From: Salinivirgaceae bacterium
GTDB taxonomy: Bacteria > Bacteroidota > Bacteroidia > Bacteroidales > SZUA-534
Assembly (NCBI GenBank): GCA_024405635.1
Contig: JAKSOL010000004.1
Coordinates: 1-64,000, forward strand
DNA: 64,000 nt
Direction: 5' to 3'
Made by a program: the position numbers and the translations under genes
Shown here: positions 41,013 to 49,802 of the stretch, one piece after another
Numbering within the stretch: the first letter of the stretch is position 1
How the letters are laid out: every line of letters starts with the position of its first letter
The notes under the pieces: generated by a model
Told to the model about the DNA's origin: nothing
Databases searched by the model: none
What the model saw: only the letters and a program-made list of their open reading frames with translations

Positions 41013-41835
41013 TTCCAGAGTGCATTTCAAGTTCTAGTTGTTCATCGCGAAGCAAGTTTTTTATCACTTGCACGTTGCCAACACGTTTAAAATCAACGCT
41101 CAACTTTACACTAGCTACCATGAAGCCATTGGTTCCAACATTAAGCACAGTGTCAATAGTACCAATAAGCATACCTTTTGGAAAAATAGCTGAGTATCCA
41201 CTTGTAATCACAGTGTCGCCGCTGTGTACTTCAATGTGACTAGGCAAATCGTTAATGGCAGCATATTGGTAATTGTAGCCTTCCCACGATAGCGAGCCAA
41301 AATAACCGTTGGCTTTTAGCATTGCGCTAATGTTAAGGTTGGGATTAAGTACGCTTATAACCGATGCAAAATTATCTGAAGTCTCTTTAACCACTCCAAT
41401 AACACCGCTGGCCGACACAACTCCCATGCCTCGCTCAACTCCGTGCTTTTTGCCAACGTTAATAGTCAAAAAGTTGTTTGAGTTGTTTACCGAGTTGCTA
41501 ATAACTTGGCAGGGAATGTATTCGTATTGCTGAATGTAATTAGGATCTTTAACCAATTGGGCACTTACTGTATCGACTTTGTACGATATAAGTTCAACTG
41601 AACGAGCTTTGGCCAATTCGGCATTCAAAGCCTCGTTTTTATCACGTAACCCAATGTAGTTGTTTACTACCGAAAAGGCTTGATTAATGTTGCCCGCAAT
41701 TTTGGCCGACGAGTTGAGCGCACAAGTATGCTGATAGTTGTTGTAATGAACAACCAATGCCAGCGAAAAGCTCTCAATCAGCAGAAAAAGAATCACATAG
41801 TGGTTCCTGATAATGAAGTAGAGAAGGTTTTTCAT
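41005..41835 (-). CDS. mreC: Rod shape-determining protein MreC
   Basis: N-terminal TM and coiled coil, GVIGVV, GDTVITSGYS..FPKG. Confidence 0.93.
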   Translation of the reverse strand: MKNLLYFIIRNHYVILFLLIESFSLALVVHYNNYQHTCALNSSAKIAGNINQAFSVVNNYIGLRDKNEALNAELAKARSVELISYKVDTVSAQLVKDPNYIQQYEYIPCQVISNSVNNSNNFLTINVGKKHGVERGMGVVSASGVIGVVKETSDNFASVISVLNPNLNISAMLKANGYFGSLSWEGYNYQYAAINDLPSHIEVHSGDTVITSGYSAIFPKGMLIGTIDTVLNVGTNGFMVASVKLSVDFKRVGNVQVIKNLLRDEQLELEMHSGNE

Positions 41836-41906
41836 TTGTTAGCCAAAGGGGCAAGTGTGAAAAAAGAGCGCCCACATTGAAAAAATGTGGGCACCTCTTT
41901 TGTTTA

Positions 41907-42932
41907 TTATTTCATTAAGAATTTGAAACGATGTGAGTTTTTGAGCGAAATGCCAGTTCCGCGAACCACGCAGTGCAATGGGTCTTCTGCCACATGGAAT
42001 GGAATTTTGGTCTTTTCGGTCAAACGTTTGTCCAAACCTCTCAACAAAGCGCCACCGCCGGTAAGATAAATTCCTTTGCGGAAAATATCGGCATACAACT
42101 CAGGTGGAGTGTGCTCCAAGGTTTGCATAATAGCTGTTTCAATTTTGCTTATTGAGCGATCCAAGCAGTGCGCAATTTCTTGGTACGATACTGGAATCTC
42201 AATAGGTAGTGCAGTCATTTGGTGAGGGCCGCGCACAACAAAATCTACAGGTGGCTCATCAAGTTGAGTCAATGCCGAACCAACTTGAAGTTTAATTTGC
42301 TCTGCTGTACGTTCGCTAATCTTAATGTTGTGTTGGTGACGCATATACTCTTGAATATCGCGTGTAAACTCATCGCCCGCAATACGAACCGACTCGTTCC
42401 ATACAATACCACCAAGCGACACAACAGCAATTTCAGTAGTACCACCACCAATATCAACCACCATGTTGCCCTCTGGAGCTTCAACGTCAACTCCCATACC
42501 AATTGCAGCAGCCATTGGCTCGTATATCATTAGCACCTCGCGGCCACCTGCGTGCTCCGAAGAGTCGCGCACAGCACGCATCTCAACCTCAGTTGAACCT
42601 GATGGGATGCAGATAACAATCTTAAGTGCTGGTGTGAACAAAGGTGTTTTGTTTTTGTTCACCATTTTAATCATGCCGCGAATCATTTTTTCGGCAGCAT
42701 CAAAGTCGGCAATCACGCCATCGCGCAAAGGCCTAATGGTTTTTATGCCATCGTGTGTTTTGTCTTGCATCAACTTGGCCTCGTTACCAATGGCAATAAC
42801 CTTTCCGGTCATCGACTCAATGGCTACAATTGAAGGTTCGTCAACTACAATTTTATCGTTGTGTATAATAATTGTGTTGGCTGTTCCAAGGTCAATTGCA
42901 AGTTCCTGTGTTAGAAACGAAAACAATCCCAT
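41907..42932 (-). CDS. mreB: Rod shape-determining protein MreB
   Basis: IDLGTANT, DIGGGTTE, LTGGGALL actin-like motifs. Confidence 0.97.
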   Translation of the reverse strand: MGLFSFLTQELAIDLGTANTIIIHNDKIVVDEPSIVAIESMTGKVIAIGNEAKLMQDKTHDGIKTIRPLRDGVIADFDAAEKMIRGMIKMVNKNKTPLFTPALKIVICIPSGSTEVEMRAVRDSSEHAGGREVLMIYEPMAAAIGMGVDVEAPEGNMVVDIGGGTTEIAVVSLGGIVWNESVRIAGDEFTRDIQEYMRHQHNIKISERTAEQIKLQVGSALTQLDEPPVDFVVRGPHQMTALPIEIPVSYQEIAHCLDRSISKIETAIMQTLEHTPPELYADIFRKGIYLTGGGALLRGLDKRLTEKTKIPFHVAEDPLHCVVRGTGISLKNSHRFKFLMK

Positions 42933-42946
42933 TGCTATAAATTATT

Positions 42947-44530
42947 CTAGTGTTTAAAATGTCTTCTGCCAGTAAATACCATTGCTATACCATACTTGTT
43001 GCAAGCTTCAATAACCTCGTTGTCGCGAATGCTGCCACCTGGTTGTACAATGTATTTAATACCATATTCGTTGCAAACGTCAACGCTATCGCTGAATGGG
43101 AAGAATGCATCTGAAATCAAAACTGATTCAGCAATTGTGCAACCTTCTTTTAACTCAAAACGAGGAATGGTAAGGCGTTGCAAACTGTCGATGCGGTTTG
43201 GTTGTCCCATGCCTGCGCCTGTCAACCAGAACGATCCGTCTTCGGCTTGCGAAACAAGTCCCATTGCGTTGCTCTTAAGGTATTTGCATGCTTGAGTACC
43301 AAATGCTGCAAGGTCTAGTTGTGTTGCAGTAAATTTCTTTTCAGTAACTGCATTGTATTCGGTGTCAAGACCTTCGTCTTCGTCTTGAACCAACAAGCCA
43401 CCATTAATTGAGCGATAAAGTTTTTCGCCAGTGATTTGTGGTTTTACTGGGGTTACCAATACGCGCAAGTTCTTTTTGGCGCTCAAAATTTCCAATGCCT
43501 CTTTTGAGTACGATGGAGCGATGATTATTTCAATGAATTTTTTTGCAAAGAATTGTGCCACTTCGCCATCAACTTCGCTGGTAAAGCAAACAATGCCTCC
43601 GTAGGCGCTTACTGGGTCGCCTGCCCAAGCTAGTTCCAATGCTCGCATTGGTGTGTTTGCTACTGCAAGTCCGCATGGGTTAAGGTGTTTTACTACCGAT
43701 ACACCAACTTTGTTTGCTATTCCGTTTACTGAGTGGAATGCATCGCAAGCGGCTTTCCAAGCTGCATCGGCATCAAGCATGTTGTTGTACGATAGCTCTT
43801 TGCCTTGTAGAACTTGCGAGTTTGCAAGTGTTTTTTCTTGATTTGTGTTGTTGAATTGGTAGAATGTGGCTTTTTGGTGAGGGTTTTCGCCGTAACGAAG
43901 AACTTGTCCGTCAACCAAACTGATTTTTTCTGAACCAGCGTTGTCGCCGTTAAAGTAATTGAAGATGGCTGAATCGTAGTGCGACGATACGTTGAATGCA
44001 TCGCGTGCAAAGTCTTTGCGGTCTTCGATTGATGTGCAACCTTTCTTTTCGGTTAGTAGGTTGTCGAGTTTTGCATATTGTTGTTTTGAGGCAACAATAA
44101 CAACATCGGCAAAGTTTTTAGCGGCTGCACGAATAAGTGAAATGCCACCTATGTCAATTTTTTCAATAATGTCTTGTTCTGCGGCACCGCTTGCTACGGT
44201 TTGCTCAAATGGATAAAGGTCAACAATTACAAGGTCAATTTCTGGAATTTCAAATTGAGCCATTTGTTTTTGGTCGCTCTCGTTGCTGCGGCGAGCCAAA
44301 ATGCCACCAAATACTTTTGGGTGAAGGGTTTTAACACGGCCTCCTAAAATTGAAGGGTAACTAGTTAAATCTTCAACTGCATTTACCTCGCAACCAAGCG
44401 ATTCAAGAAAGGTTTGTGTGCCACCAGTTGAGTAAAGTTTTACTCCTAAATCTTTGAGTTTTAGCACAATACTATCTAATCCGTCTTTGTGAAAAACGGA
44501 AATAAGTGCACTTTTAATCTTTTTATCCAT
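42947..44530 (-). CDS. purH: Bifunctional AICAR formyltransferase/IMP cyclohydrolase
   Basis: GGRVKTLHP, IDIGG, LRYGENPHQ, SDAFFPF, TGRRHFKH. Confidence 0.97.
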   Translation of the reverse strand: MDKKIKSALISVFHKDGLDSIVLKLKDLGVKLYSTGGTQTFLESLGCEVNAVEDLTSYPSILGGRVKTLHPKVFGGILARRSNESDQKQMAQFEIPEIDLVIVDLYPFEQTVASGAAEQDIIEKIDIGGISLIRAAAKNFADVVIVASKQQYAKLDNLLTEKKGCTSIEDRKDFARDAFNVSSHYDSAIFNYFNGDNAGSEKISLVDGQVLRYGENPHQKATFYQFNNTNQEKTLANSQVLQGKELSYNNMLDADAAWKAACDAFHSVNGIANKVGVSVVKHLNPCGLAVANTPMRALELAWAGDPVSAYGGIVCFTSEVDGEVAQFFAKKFIEIIIAPSYSKEALEILSAKKNLRVLVTPVKPQITGEKLYRSINGGLLVQDEDEGLDTEYNAVTEKKFTATQLDLAAFGTQACKYLKSNAMGLVSQAEDGSFWLTGAGMGQPNRIDSLQRLTIPRFELKEGCTIAESVLISDAFFPFSDSVDVCNEYGIKYIVQPGGSIRDNEVIEACNKYGIAMVFTGRRHFKH

Positions 44531-44710
44531 CTAAAAAACTATTCTAAATACTTTAATTTCAAAGGGTTTGCGACATAAAATCAATCGCGGCGCAAATATA
44601 TAACAAAATCACTTTTTTGCTTTGCGGCATTTGTTATTTGTAAACATAAAAAGGCAGAAAAAAGTGACTAATTTTTTTCAAAAAAATTTTGCAGGTTAAA
44701 AAATACCTTC

Positions 44711-44718
44711 TACATTTG
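44711..44718 (+). promoter_or_regulatory. Bacteroidota -7 promoter element for tRNA-Asn
   Basis: TACATTTG followed by CA, with an upstream TTTG -33 element near 44688. Confidence 0.75.
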
Positions 44719-44758
44719 CACCGCATTTGAGAGGAATGCTAGAGTAATTAAAGTTTCT

Positions 44759-44832
44759 TCCTCCTTAGCTCAGTTGGTTAGAGCACCTGACTGTTAATCA
44801 GGGGGTCTTTGGTTCAAGTCCAAAAGGGGGAG
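44759..44832 (+). tRNA. tRNA-Asn (GTT)
   Basis: Cloverleaf: acceptor TCCTCCT/AGGGGGA, D arm AGCTCAGTTGGTTAGAGC, anticodon stem CCTGA-CTGTTAA-TCAGG, T arm TTTGG-TTCAAGT-CCAAA; CCA not encoded. Confidence 0.97.
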
Positions 44833-44833
44833 C

Positions 44834-44862
44834 AAAAAGGTCAACGAAAGTTGGCCTTTTTT
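44834..44862 (+). terminator. Intrinsic terminator after tRNA-Asn
   Basis: AAAAAGGTCAAC-GAAA-GTTGGCCTTTTTT. Confidence 0.85.
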
Positions 44863-45084
44863 GTTTTATACACCTAACAAATCATTGTGCTTCGTTTTTT
44901 TATTCCCTCGCTTTTAGGTTGTCGCAAATCGCTATTCTTTTTCAACGCTTTCCTTTTGGATTTTAATCTGCCTCTTTTTTATTGAAAAATGACAATGGTC
45001 TTTTATGTTTCGATAAGAGAAGTTTGTGCTTAATTTCTGAAAATCAGTCGTTTACAACATTTTCGATTTGTTTTATAAATATCT

Positions 45085-45092
45085 TACATTTG
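45085..45092 (+). promoter_or_regulatory. Bacteroidota -7 element upstream of hsdM
   Basis: TACATTTG, 33 nt upstream of the ATG at 45126. Confidence 0.65.
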
Positions 45093-45125
45093 GTTTTTAT
45101 TAAACATCAGTAACTATTGTTTTTT

Positions 45126-46682
45126 ATGGCAGACAACAAGAAAGAACAGGAACGACAGGAGCTCCACAGAACCATCTGGGCAATAGCAGATGAGATGAGA
45201 GGTTCAGTGGATGGATGGGACTTTAAGTCCTATATCCTTGGTATGCTCTTTTACAGATACATCAGTGAGAACATCACCAACTACATCAACAAGGGTGAAT
45301 GGGAAAGTGGTAATGAGGACTTCAACTATGCTGACCTTGCTGATGACATAGCAGAGGATGCAAGGGAAGAGATGGTAAGTGTGAAGGGCTTCTTCATTCT
45401 CCCAAGCCAGTTGTTCAGCAATATCTGCAAGGTATGTGATAAGGATGACAATCTCAATGAAACTCTTGAACACATATTTACTGCCATTGAAGCCTCTGCC
45501 AAGGGAACAGAGAGTGAGGATGACTTCAAGGGATTGTTTGCTGACCTTGATGTGAACTCCAACAAACTAGGGGCTACTGTTGTCAAGAGAAATGAAAAAC
45601 TGGTCAAGCTGCTCAGAGGAATAGAGCAGATGCAGTTGGGTGATTACCAAGACAACACCATTGATGCCTTTGGTGATGCATACGAGTATCTGATGGCTAT
45701 GTATGCCTCAAATGCTGGTAAGAGTGGTGGTGAGTTTTATACACCACAAGAGGTTTCTGAACTGCTCACCAAGTTGGCTACCCTTGGTAAGACAGAAGTC
45801 AATAAAGTTTATGATCCTGCTTGTGGCTCTGGCTCACTGCTGTTGAAGGCTGCAAAGATACTGGGCAAGGAGAATGTAAGACAAGGCTTCTATGGTCAGG
45901 AAATCAACCTTACCACCTACAACCTTTGCAGAATTAACATGTTCCTTCATGACATTGACTATGATAAGTTTGACATAGCATGTGAGGACACACTGCTCAG
46001 TCCTATGCACTGGGATGATGAACCATTTGAAGTGATTGTCAGCAACCCACCATACTCTATCAAGTGGAAGGGTGATGATGACATTACTCTGATAAATGAC
46101 CCAAGATATGCACCTGCTGGTGTGCTTGCTCCCAAGAGTAAGGCTGACCTTGCTTTCATCATGCACTCTCTGGCTTGGTTGGCTACCAATGGCACTGCCT
46201 CAATAGTCTGCTTCCCTGGTGTGATGTATAGAGGTGGTGCTGAAAAGAAGATAAGGCAGTATCTCATTGACAACAACTATGTTGATTGTATCATACAACT
46301 GCCAGACAACCTATTCTTTGGAACATCCATAGCCACTTGCATTATGGTATTGAAGAAGGCAAAGATGGATAATTCAACCCTATTCATTGATGCCAGCAAG
46401 GAGTGTGTAAAGATTACAAATAACAACAAACTCACCCCAGAGAACATTGAGCATATTGTGAAGATGTTTGCTGACAGAATTGATGTTCAGTATCAGTGTA
46501 AGTTGGTAAGCAATGATACCATAGCAGAGGGTGATTACAACCTTTCTGTATCATCTTATGTTGAGCAAGAAGACACAAGGGAGAAGGTGGATATTGTTGA
46601 ACTCAATGCCAGACTGGAAAAGATTGTGGCTCATGAGCAGAAACTGCGCCAGCAGATAGATGAGATTATCAAAGAACTCTAA
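45126..46682 (+). CDS. hsdM: Type I restriction-modification methyltransferase subunit M (m6A)
   Basis: GKSGGEFYTP, YDPACGSGSLL (motif I), VSNPPY (motif IV); EcoR124I/type IC-like N-terminus. Confidence 0.96.
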   Translation: MADNKKEQERQELHRTIWAIADEMRGSVDGWDFKSYILGMLFYRYISENITNYINKGEWESGNEDFNYADLADDIAEDAREEMVSVKGFFILPSQLFSNICKVCDKDDNLNETLEHIFTAIEASAKGTESEDDFKGLFADLDVNSNKLGATVVKRNEKLVKLLRGIEQMQLGDYQDNTIDAFGDAYEYLMAMYASNAGKSGGEFYTPQEVSELLTKLATLGKTEVNKVYDPACGSGSLLLKAAKILGKENVRQGFYGQEINLTTYNLCRINMFLHDIDYDKFDIACEDTLLSPMHWDDEPFEVIVSNPPYSIKWKGDDDITLINDPRYAPAGVLAPKSKADLAFIMHSLAWLATNGTASIVCFPGVMYRGGAEKKIRQYLIDNNYVDCIIQLPDNLFFGTSIATCIMVLKKAKMDNSTLFIDASKECVKITNNNKLTPENIEHIVKMFADRIDVQYQCKLVSNDTIAEGDYNLSVSSYVEQEDTREKVDIVELNARLEKIVAHEQKLRQQIDEIIKEL

Positions 46683-46688
46683 ACCCGT

Positions 46689-47807
46689 ATGGCAAAACAA
46701 CTATACATCGATTTTGACGAATATATCCGTCAGGGTGAACCTGAGGCTGCCATAAGTGCGGAGCAGTGGAAAACGGCAATAGGACTTCAGGCTGTAGATG
46801 GCATGAAGCCATCTCAATATCTCGTAGATATCGCGAAAAGAAATATTGAGGGTGACATTTCCATTGATGAAGTACAAGAGTTGCTGCGCTCATATTATGC
46901 CAGCGTAGCCAACAGGGATAAGATTAAAGAGAACTATGAAGAAGCCGATAAGGCATCGGCAAACATCAAGCGAATACTCTCCACAAACACTCTTGCATTC
47001 AACACTAACGGCTACATTGCCACACATCGTAGAATATTCGAAGGTGTGTTCAAGCATGCGGGCGAACTGCGTAAATATGATATTACGAAGAAGGAGTGGG
47101 TACTGCGAGGCAACACGGTCAACTATCTGAACTGGGAGGATTTGCGCCGCGCTCTTGACTATGACATCCAACAGGAAAAAGACTTCAGTTACAAAGGGCT
47201 CAGCGATGACGAGAAGATCAAGCACCTCTGCCGCTTTACGTCGGGATTGTGGCAGATACATCCTTTCTGCGAGGGCAACACACGTACTACCGCTGTGTTT
47301 CTCATCCAGTATCTGCGTTCTATTGGCTACAAGGTAACCAACGATATGTTTGCAGAACATTCGTGGTATTTCCGCAATGCCCTTGTTCGAGCCAACTACA
47401 AGAACTCTGAACTCGGCATAGATTACGACTACACATATCTTGAGCGTTTTTTCTTCAATCTCTTGTTAGGTGAAAAGAATGAACTAAAGAACCGTTTTCT
47501 GATTATTAATGCGCCCGATAATTGGAACGATATACAAAAAAGTACCCAAGAAAGTACAGATATTGCTAACAAAAGTACCCAAGAAACAGAACTTGGTACC
47601 CAAGAAAATAAGTTGAGTACCCAAGAAAAGATATTGGCGGAGATACGCAAAAACCCTTTTACTACTCGCGAACAACTTGCAATAGTGGTTGGAATAACAC
47701 CTGACGGCATAAAAAAACAGTTGGAAAAACTGAAAAGAACAAATACAATCAAGCATGTAGGACCTACAAAAGGCGGTCATTGGGAAATTTGTGAACAGGA
47801 GGACTGA
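46689..47807 (+). CDS. Fic-domain protein with N-terminal VbhA-like antitoxin segment and C-terminal HTH
   Basis: WKTAIGLQAVDG..PS inhibitory-helix-like N-terminus; HPFCEGNTRTT Fic motif; repeat linker then wHTH (TREQLA...GPTKGGHWEI). Confidence 0.85.
   Translation: MAKQLYIDFDEYIRQGEPEAAISAEQWKTAIGLQAVDGMKPSQYLVDIAKRNIEGDISIDEVQELLRSYYASVANRDKIKENYEEADKASANIKRILSTNTLAFNTNGYIATHRRIFEGVFKHAGELRKYDITKKEWVLRGNTVNYLNWEDLRRALDYDIQQEKDFSYKGLSDDEKIKHLCRFTSGLWQIHPFCEGNTRTTAVFLIQYLRSIGYKVTNDMFAEHSWYFRNALVRANYKNSELGIDYDYTYLERFFFNLLLGEKNELKNRFLIINAPDNWNDIQKSTQESTDIANKSTQETELGTQENKLSTQEKILAEIRKNPFTTREQLAIVVGITPDGIKKQLEKLKRTNTIKHVGPTKGGHWEICEQED
47542..47628 (+). repeat. Four GTACCCAAGAAA direct repeats in the Fic-HTH linker
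   Basis: Exact 12-mers at 47542, 47575, 47596 and 47617, encoding (S/G)TQE. Confidence 0.9.
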
Positions 47808-47822
47808 AGTATGAGCAGGATT
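47792..47822 (+). repeat. 31-bp gene-junction direct repeat, copy 1 (fic1 stop / fic2 start)
   Basis: TGAACAGGAGGACTGAAGTATGAGCAGGATT; 27/31 identical to 48671-48701. Confidence 0.9.
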
Positions 47823-48686
47823 TCATTTAGGTTTTATAAAGACCATGAGGTAAGAGCTGTGTGGGATGCCATAACTGACAGATGGTTTTTCTCTGTCCTT
47901 GATGTGCTTGGTGCTATCAATGAGCAGGATGATTATACCAAGACAAGAAACTATTGGAAATATCTCAAAACCAAGTTGAAGAAGGAGCAGAATGAAGTGG
48001 TTAGTGCCACTAACCAGTTGAAACTTCTTGCTCCAGATGGTAAGAAAAGACTTACTGACACCCTTGATATGAAGGGCATTGAAGAACTTGCCAAGAACAT
48101 CCCCAATAGCAAGGCAATGGAGTTTCTTGACTGGCTTACATATAGTGAGAATACACTTGATGGCAAGAGTAAGCAAAAGGCTTATGAACTCTGGGAAAGT
48201 GGAATATTGGAAACCATTGAAGTTGGAACTGTCAAGGGGCTTCAGCAGATACACGCCTACATCTTTGCAGGCTTGTACGACTTTGCTGGTCAGGTTAGAA
48301 CAAAGACAATTTCTAAGGGTGGTTTTACCTTCTGCTTGGCACAATACCTGCCACAGCAATTAGGCATTATTGAAAAGATGCCAGAAGCAAGCATAGATGA
48401 CATCTTCGATAAGTATGTAGAGATGAATGTGGCCCACCCCTTCATGGAGGGTAATGGCAGAAGCACCAGAATATGGCTTGACCTCATGTTGAAAGCAAGA
48501 GCAGACAAATGTGTTGACTGGAGTCAGATAAACAAGAACGACTATCTGCAAGCCATGACACAGAGTGTTGCAGATGCTACTTTCATCAAGCAGTTGCTTG
48601 CCAATGCTCTCACTGACAACATCAATGACAGAGAACTCTTCATGAAGGGCATTGATTACTCTTATTATTATGAACAGGAGGATTAA
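47811..48686 (+). CDS. Class III (NmFic-like) Fic adenylyltransferase with Bro-N-like N-terminal domain
   Basis: VRAVWD...WFFSVLDV...NYWKYLK Bro-N-like region; canonical HPFMEGNGRSTR; C-terminal autoinhibitory GIDYSYYYE. Confidence 0.88.
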   Translation: MSRISFRFYKDHEVRAVWDAITDRWFFSVLDVLGAINEQDDYTKTRNYWKYLKTKLKKEQNEVVSATNQLKLLAPDGKKRLTDTLDMKGIEELAKNIPNSKAMEFLDWLTYSENTLDGKSKQKAYELWESGILETIEVGTVKGLQQIHAYIFAGLYDFAGQVRTKTISKGGFTFCLAQYLPQQLGIIEKMPEASIDDIFDKYVEMNVAHPFMEGNGRSTRIWLDLMLKARADKCVDWSQINKNDYLQAMTQSVADATFIKQLLANALTDNINDRELFMKGIDYSYYYEQED

Positions 48687-48701
48687 GGTATGAGCAAGAT
48701 T
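48671..48701 (+). repeat. 31-bp gene-junction direct repeat, copy 2 (fic2 stop / hsdS start)
   Basis: TGAACAGGAGGATTAAGGTATGAGCAAGATT. Confidence 0.9.
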
Positions 48702-49796
48702 GGAGAACTGATACAACAATATTGTCCAGAAGGGGTGGAGTATGTTAAGTTAGGAGATGTATGTAAAACAAAAACACCTCCTGCAAAACTCAAAACTGCA
48801 GACTACAAAGACCAAGGATTATATCAAATTATTGACCAAGGACAAAGTCAATATGCTGGATATACTGATGATGAAAGATATTTATTACCAGATGCAGAAT
48901 ATGTCCTTTATGGAGACCATACATGCATTGTAAAATACCATAAAGGATGTTTTGCACAAGGTGCAGATGGACTAAAAATACTTGTCCCAATAGGGCAGAA
49001 TATCAAATATGTCTTTTATGCATTGTCAGCATACAACTTAACAAGCACAGAATACAAAAGGCATTGGACACAGGCAAAGGAGATAGAAATCCCCCTTCCT
49101 CCTCTCCCAGTTCAAAAGGAGATAGTAAGGATATTAGATACATTTACAGAGCTGCAAGCGGAGCTGCAAGCGGAGCTGCAAGCAAGACAACTACAATTTG
49201 AATACTATCAAGATTTTCTTCTAAACAAATCACAATTCTCCAATCATCTTTCTATTAGAAATCTGTGTATTGTCAAAAAGGGAAAAACACCTATACAAAA
49301 AGCAAAAGAAGGAAAATATCCTTTGGTTGTTACTGCTATGGAAAGAAGGTCTAATGATGAGTATCAGTTTGATGCAAATGCTGTATGCATTCCTTTAATT
49401 TCTTCAAGAGGACATGGAGTAGCATCACTAAATCATGTATATTATCAAGAAGGGAAGTTTGCCTTGGGTAACATATTATGTGCAGTAATTCCAATGGATG
49501 AAAGTATACTTAAAGCAAAGTTTTTATACTATTACTTGGAGTATGCAAAAGATTACACTCTTGTGCCACTAATGAAAGGAGGGGCAAATGTTTCTATGCA
49601 TTGTTCAGATATAGAAAAAGTAAAGATACCAGTTCCATCCATAGAACAACAAGAGAAAATCATCTCCATTCTTGATAAGTTTGATGGACTTGTCAATGAC
49701 ATATCCCAAGGTCTGCCAGCAGAAATTGAGGCAAGAAAACAGCAGTATGAATACTATAGAGATAAACTCTTAACCTTCAAAAGAAAAGCAGAATAA
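48690..49796 (+). CDS. hsdS: Type I restriction-modification specificity subunit S
   Basis: CPEGVEY start; two TRDs with conserved IPLPPLPVQKEIVRILDTF and IPVPSIEQQEKIISILDKF; GLPAEIEARKQQYEYYRDKLLTF end. Confidence 0.95.
   Translation: MSKIGELIQQYCPEGVEYVKLGDVCKTKTPPAKLKTADYKDQGLYQIIDQGQSQYAGYTDDERYLLPDAEYVLYGDHTCIVKYHKGCFAQGADGLKILVPIGQNIKYVFYALSAYNLTSTEYKRHWTQAKEIEIPLPPLPVQKEIVRILDTFTELQAELQAELQARQLQFEYYQDFLLNKSQFSNHLSIRNLCIVKKGKTPIQKAKEGKYPLVVTAMERRSNDEYQFDANAVCIPLISSRGHGVASLNHVYYQEGKFALGNILCAVIPMDESILKAKFLYYYLEYAKDYTLVPLMKGGANVSMHCSDIEKVKIPVPSIEQQEKIISILDKFDGLVNDISQGLPAEIEARKQQYEYYRDKLLTFKRKAE
49149..49184 (+). repeat. 3 x 12-bp tandem repeat (GAGCTGCAAGCG; ELQA) in the HsdS central spacer
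   Basis: GAGCTGCAAGCG GAGCTGCAAGCG GAGCTGCAAGCA, read directly. Confidence 0.95.
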
Positions 49797-49802
49797 CCGC
49801 AC

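Noticed and set aside
46562-46580. EQED peptide in the HsdM C-terminus as a third copy of the 31-bp junction repeat
   Set aside because: DNA (TGAGCAAGAAGACACAAGG) differs at several positions, has no stop/start, and SYVEQEDTRE looks like a normal HsdM motif
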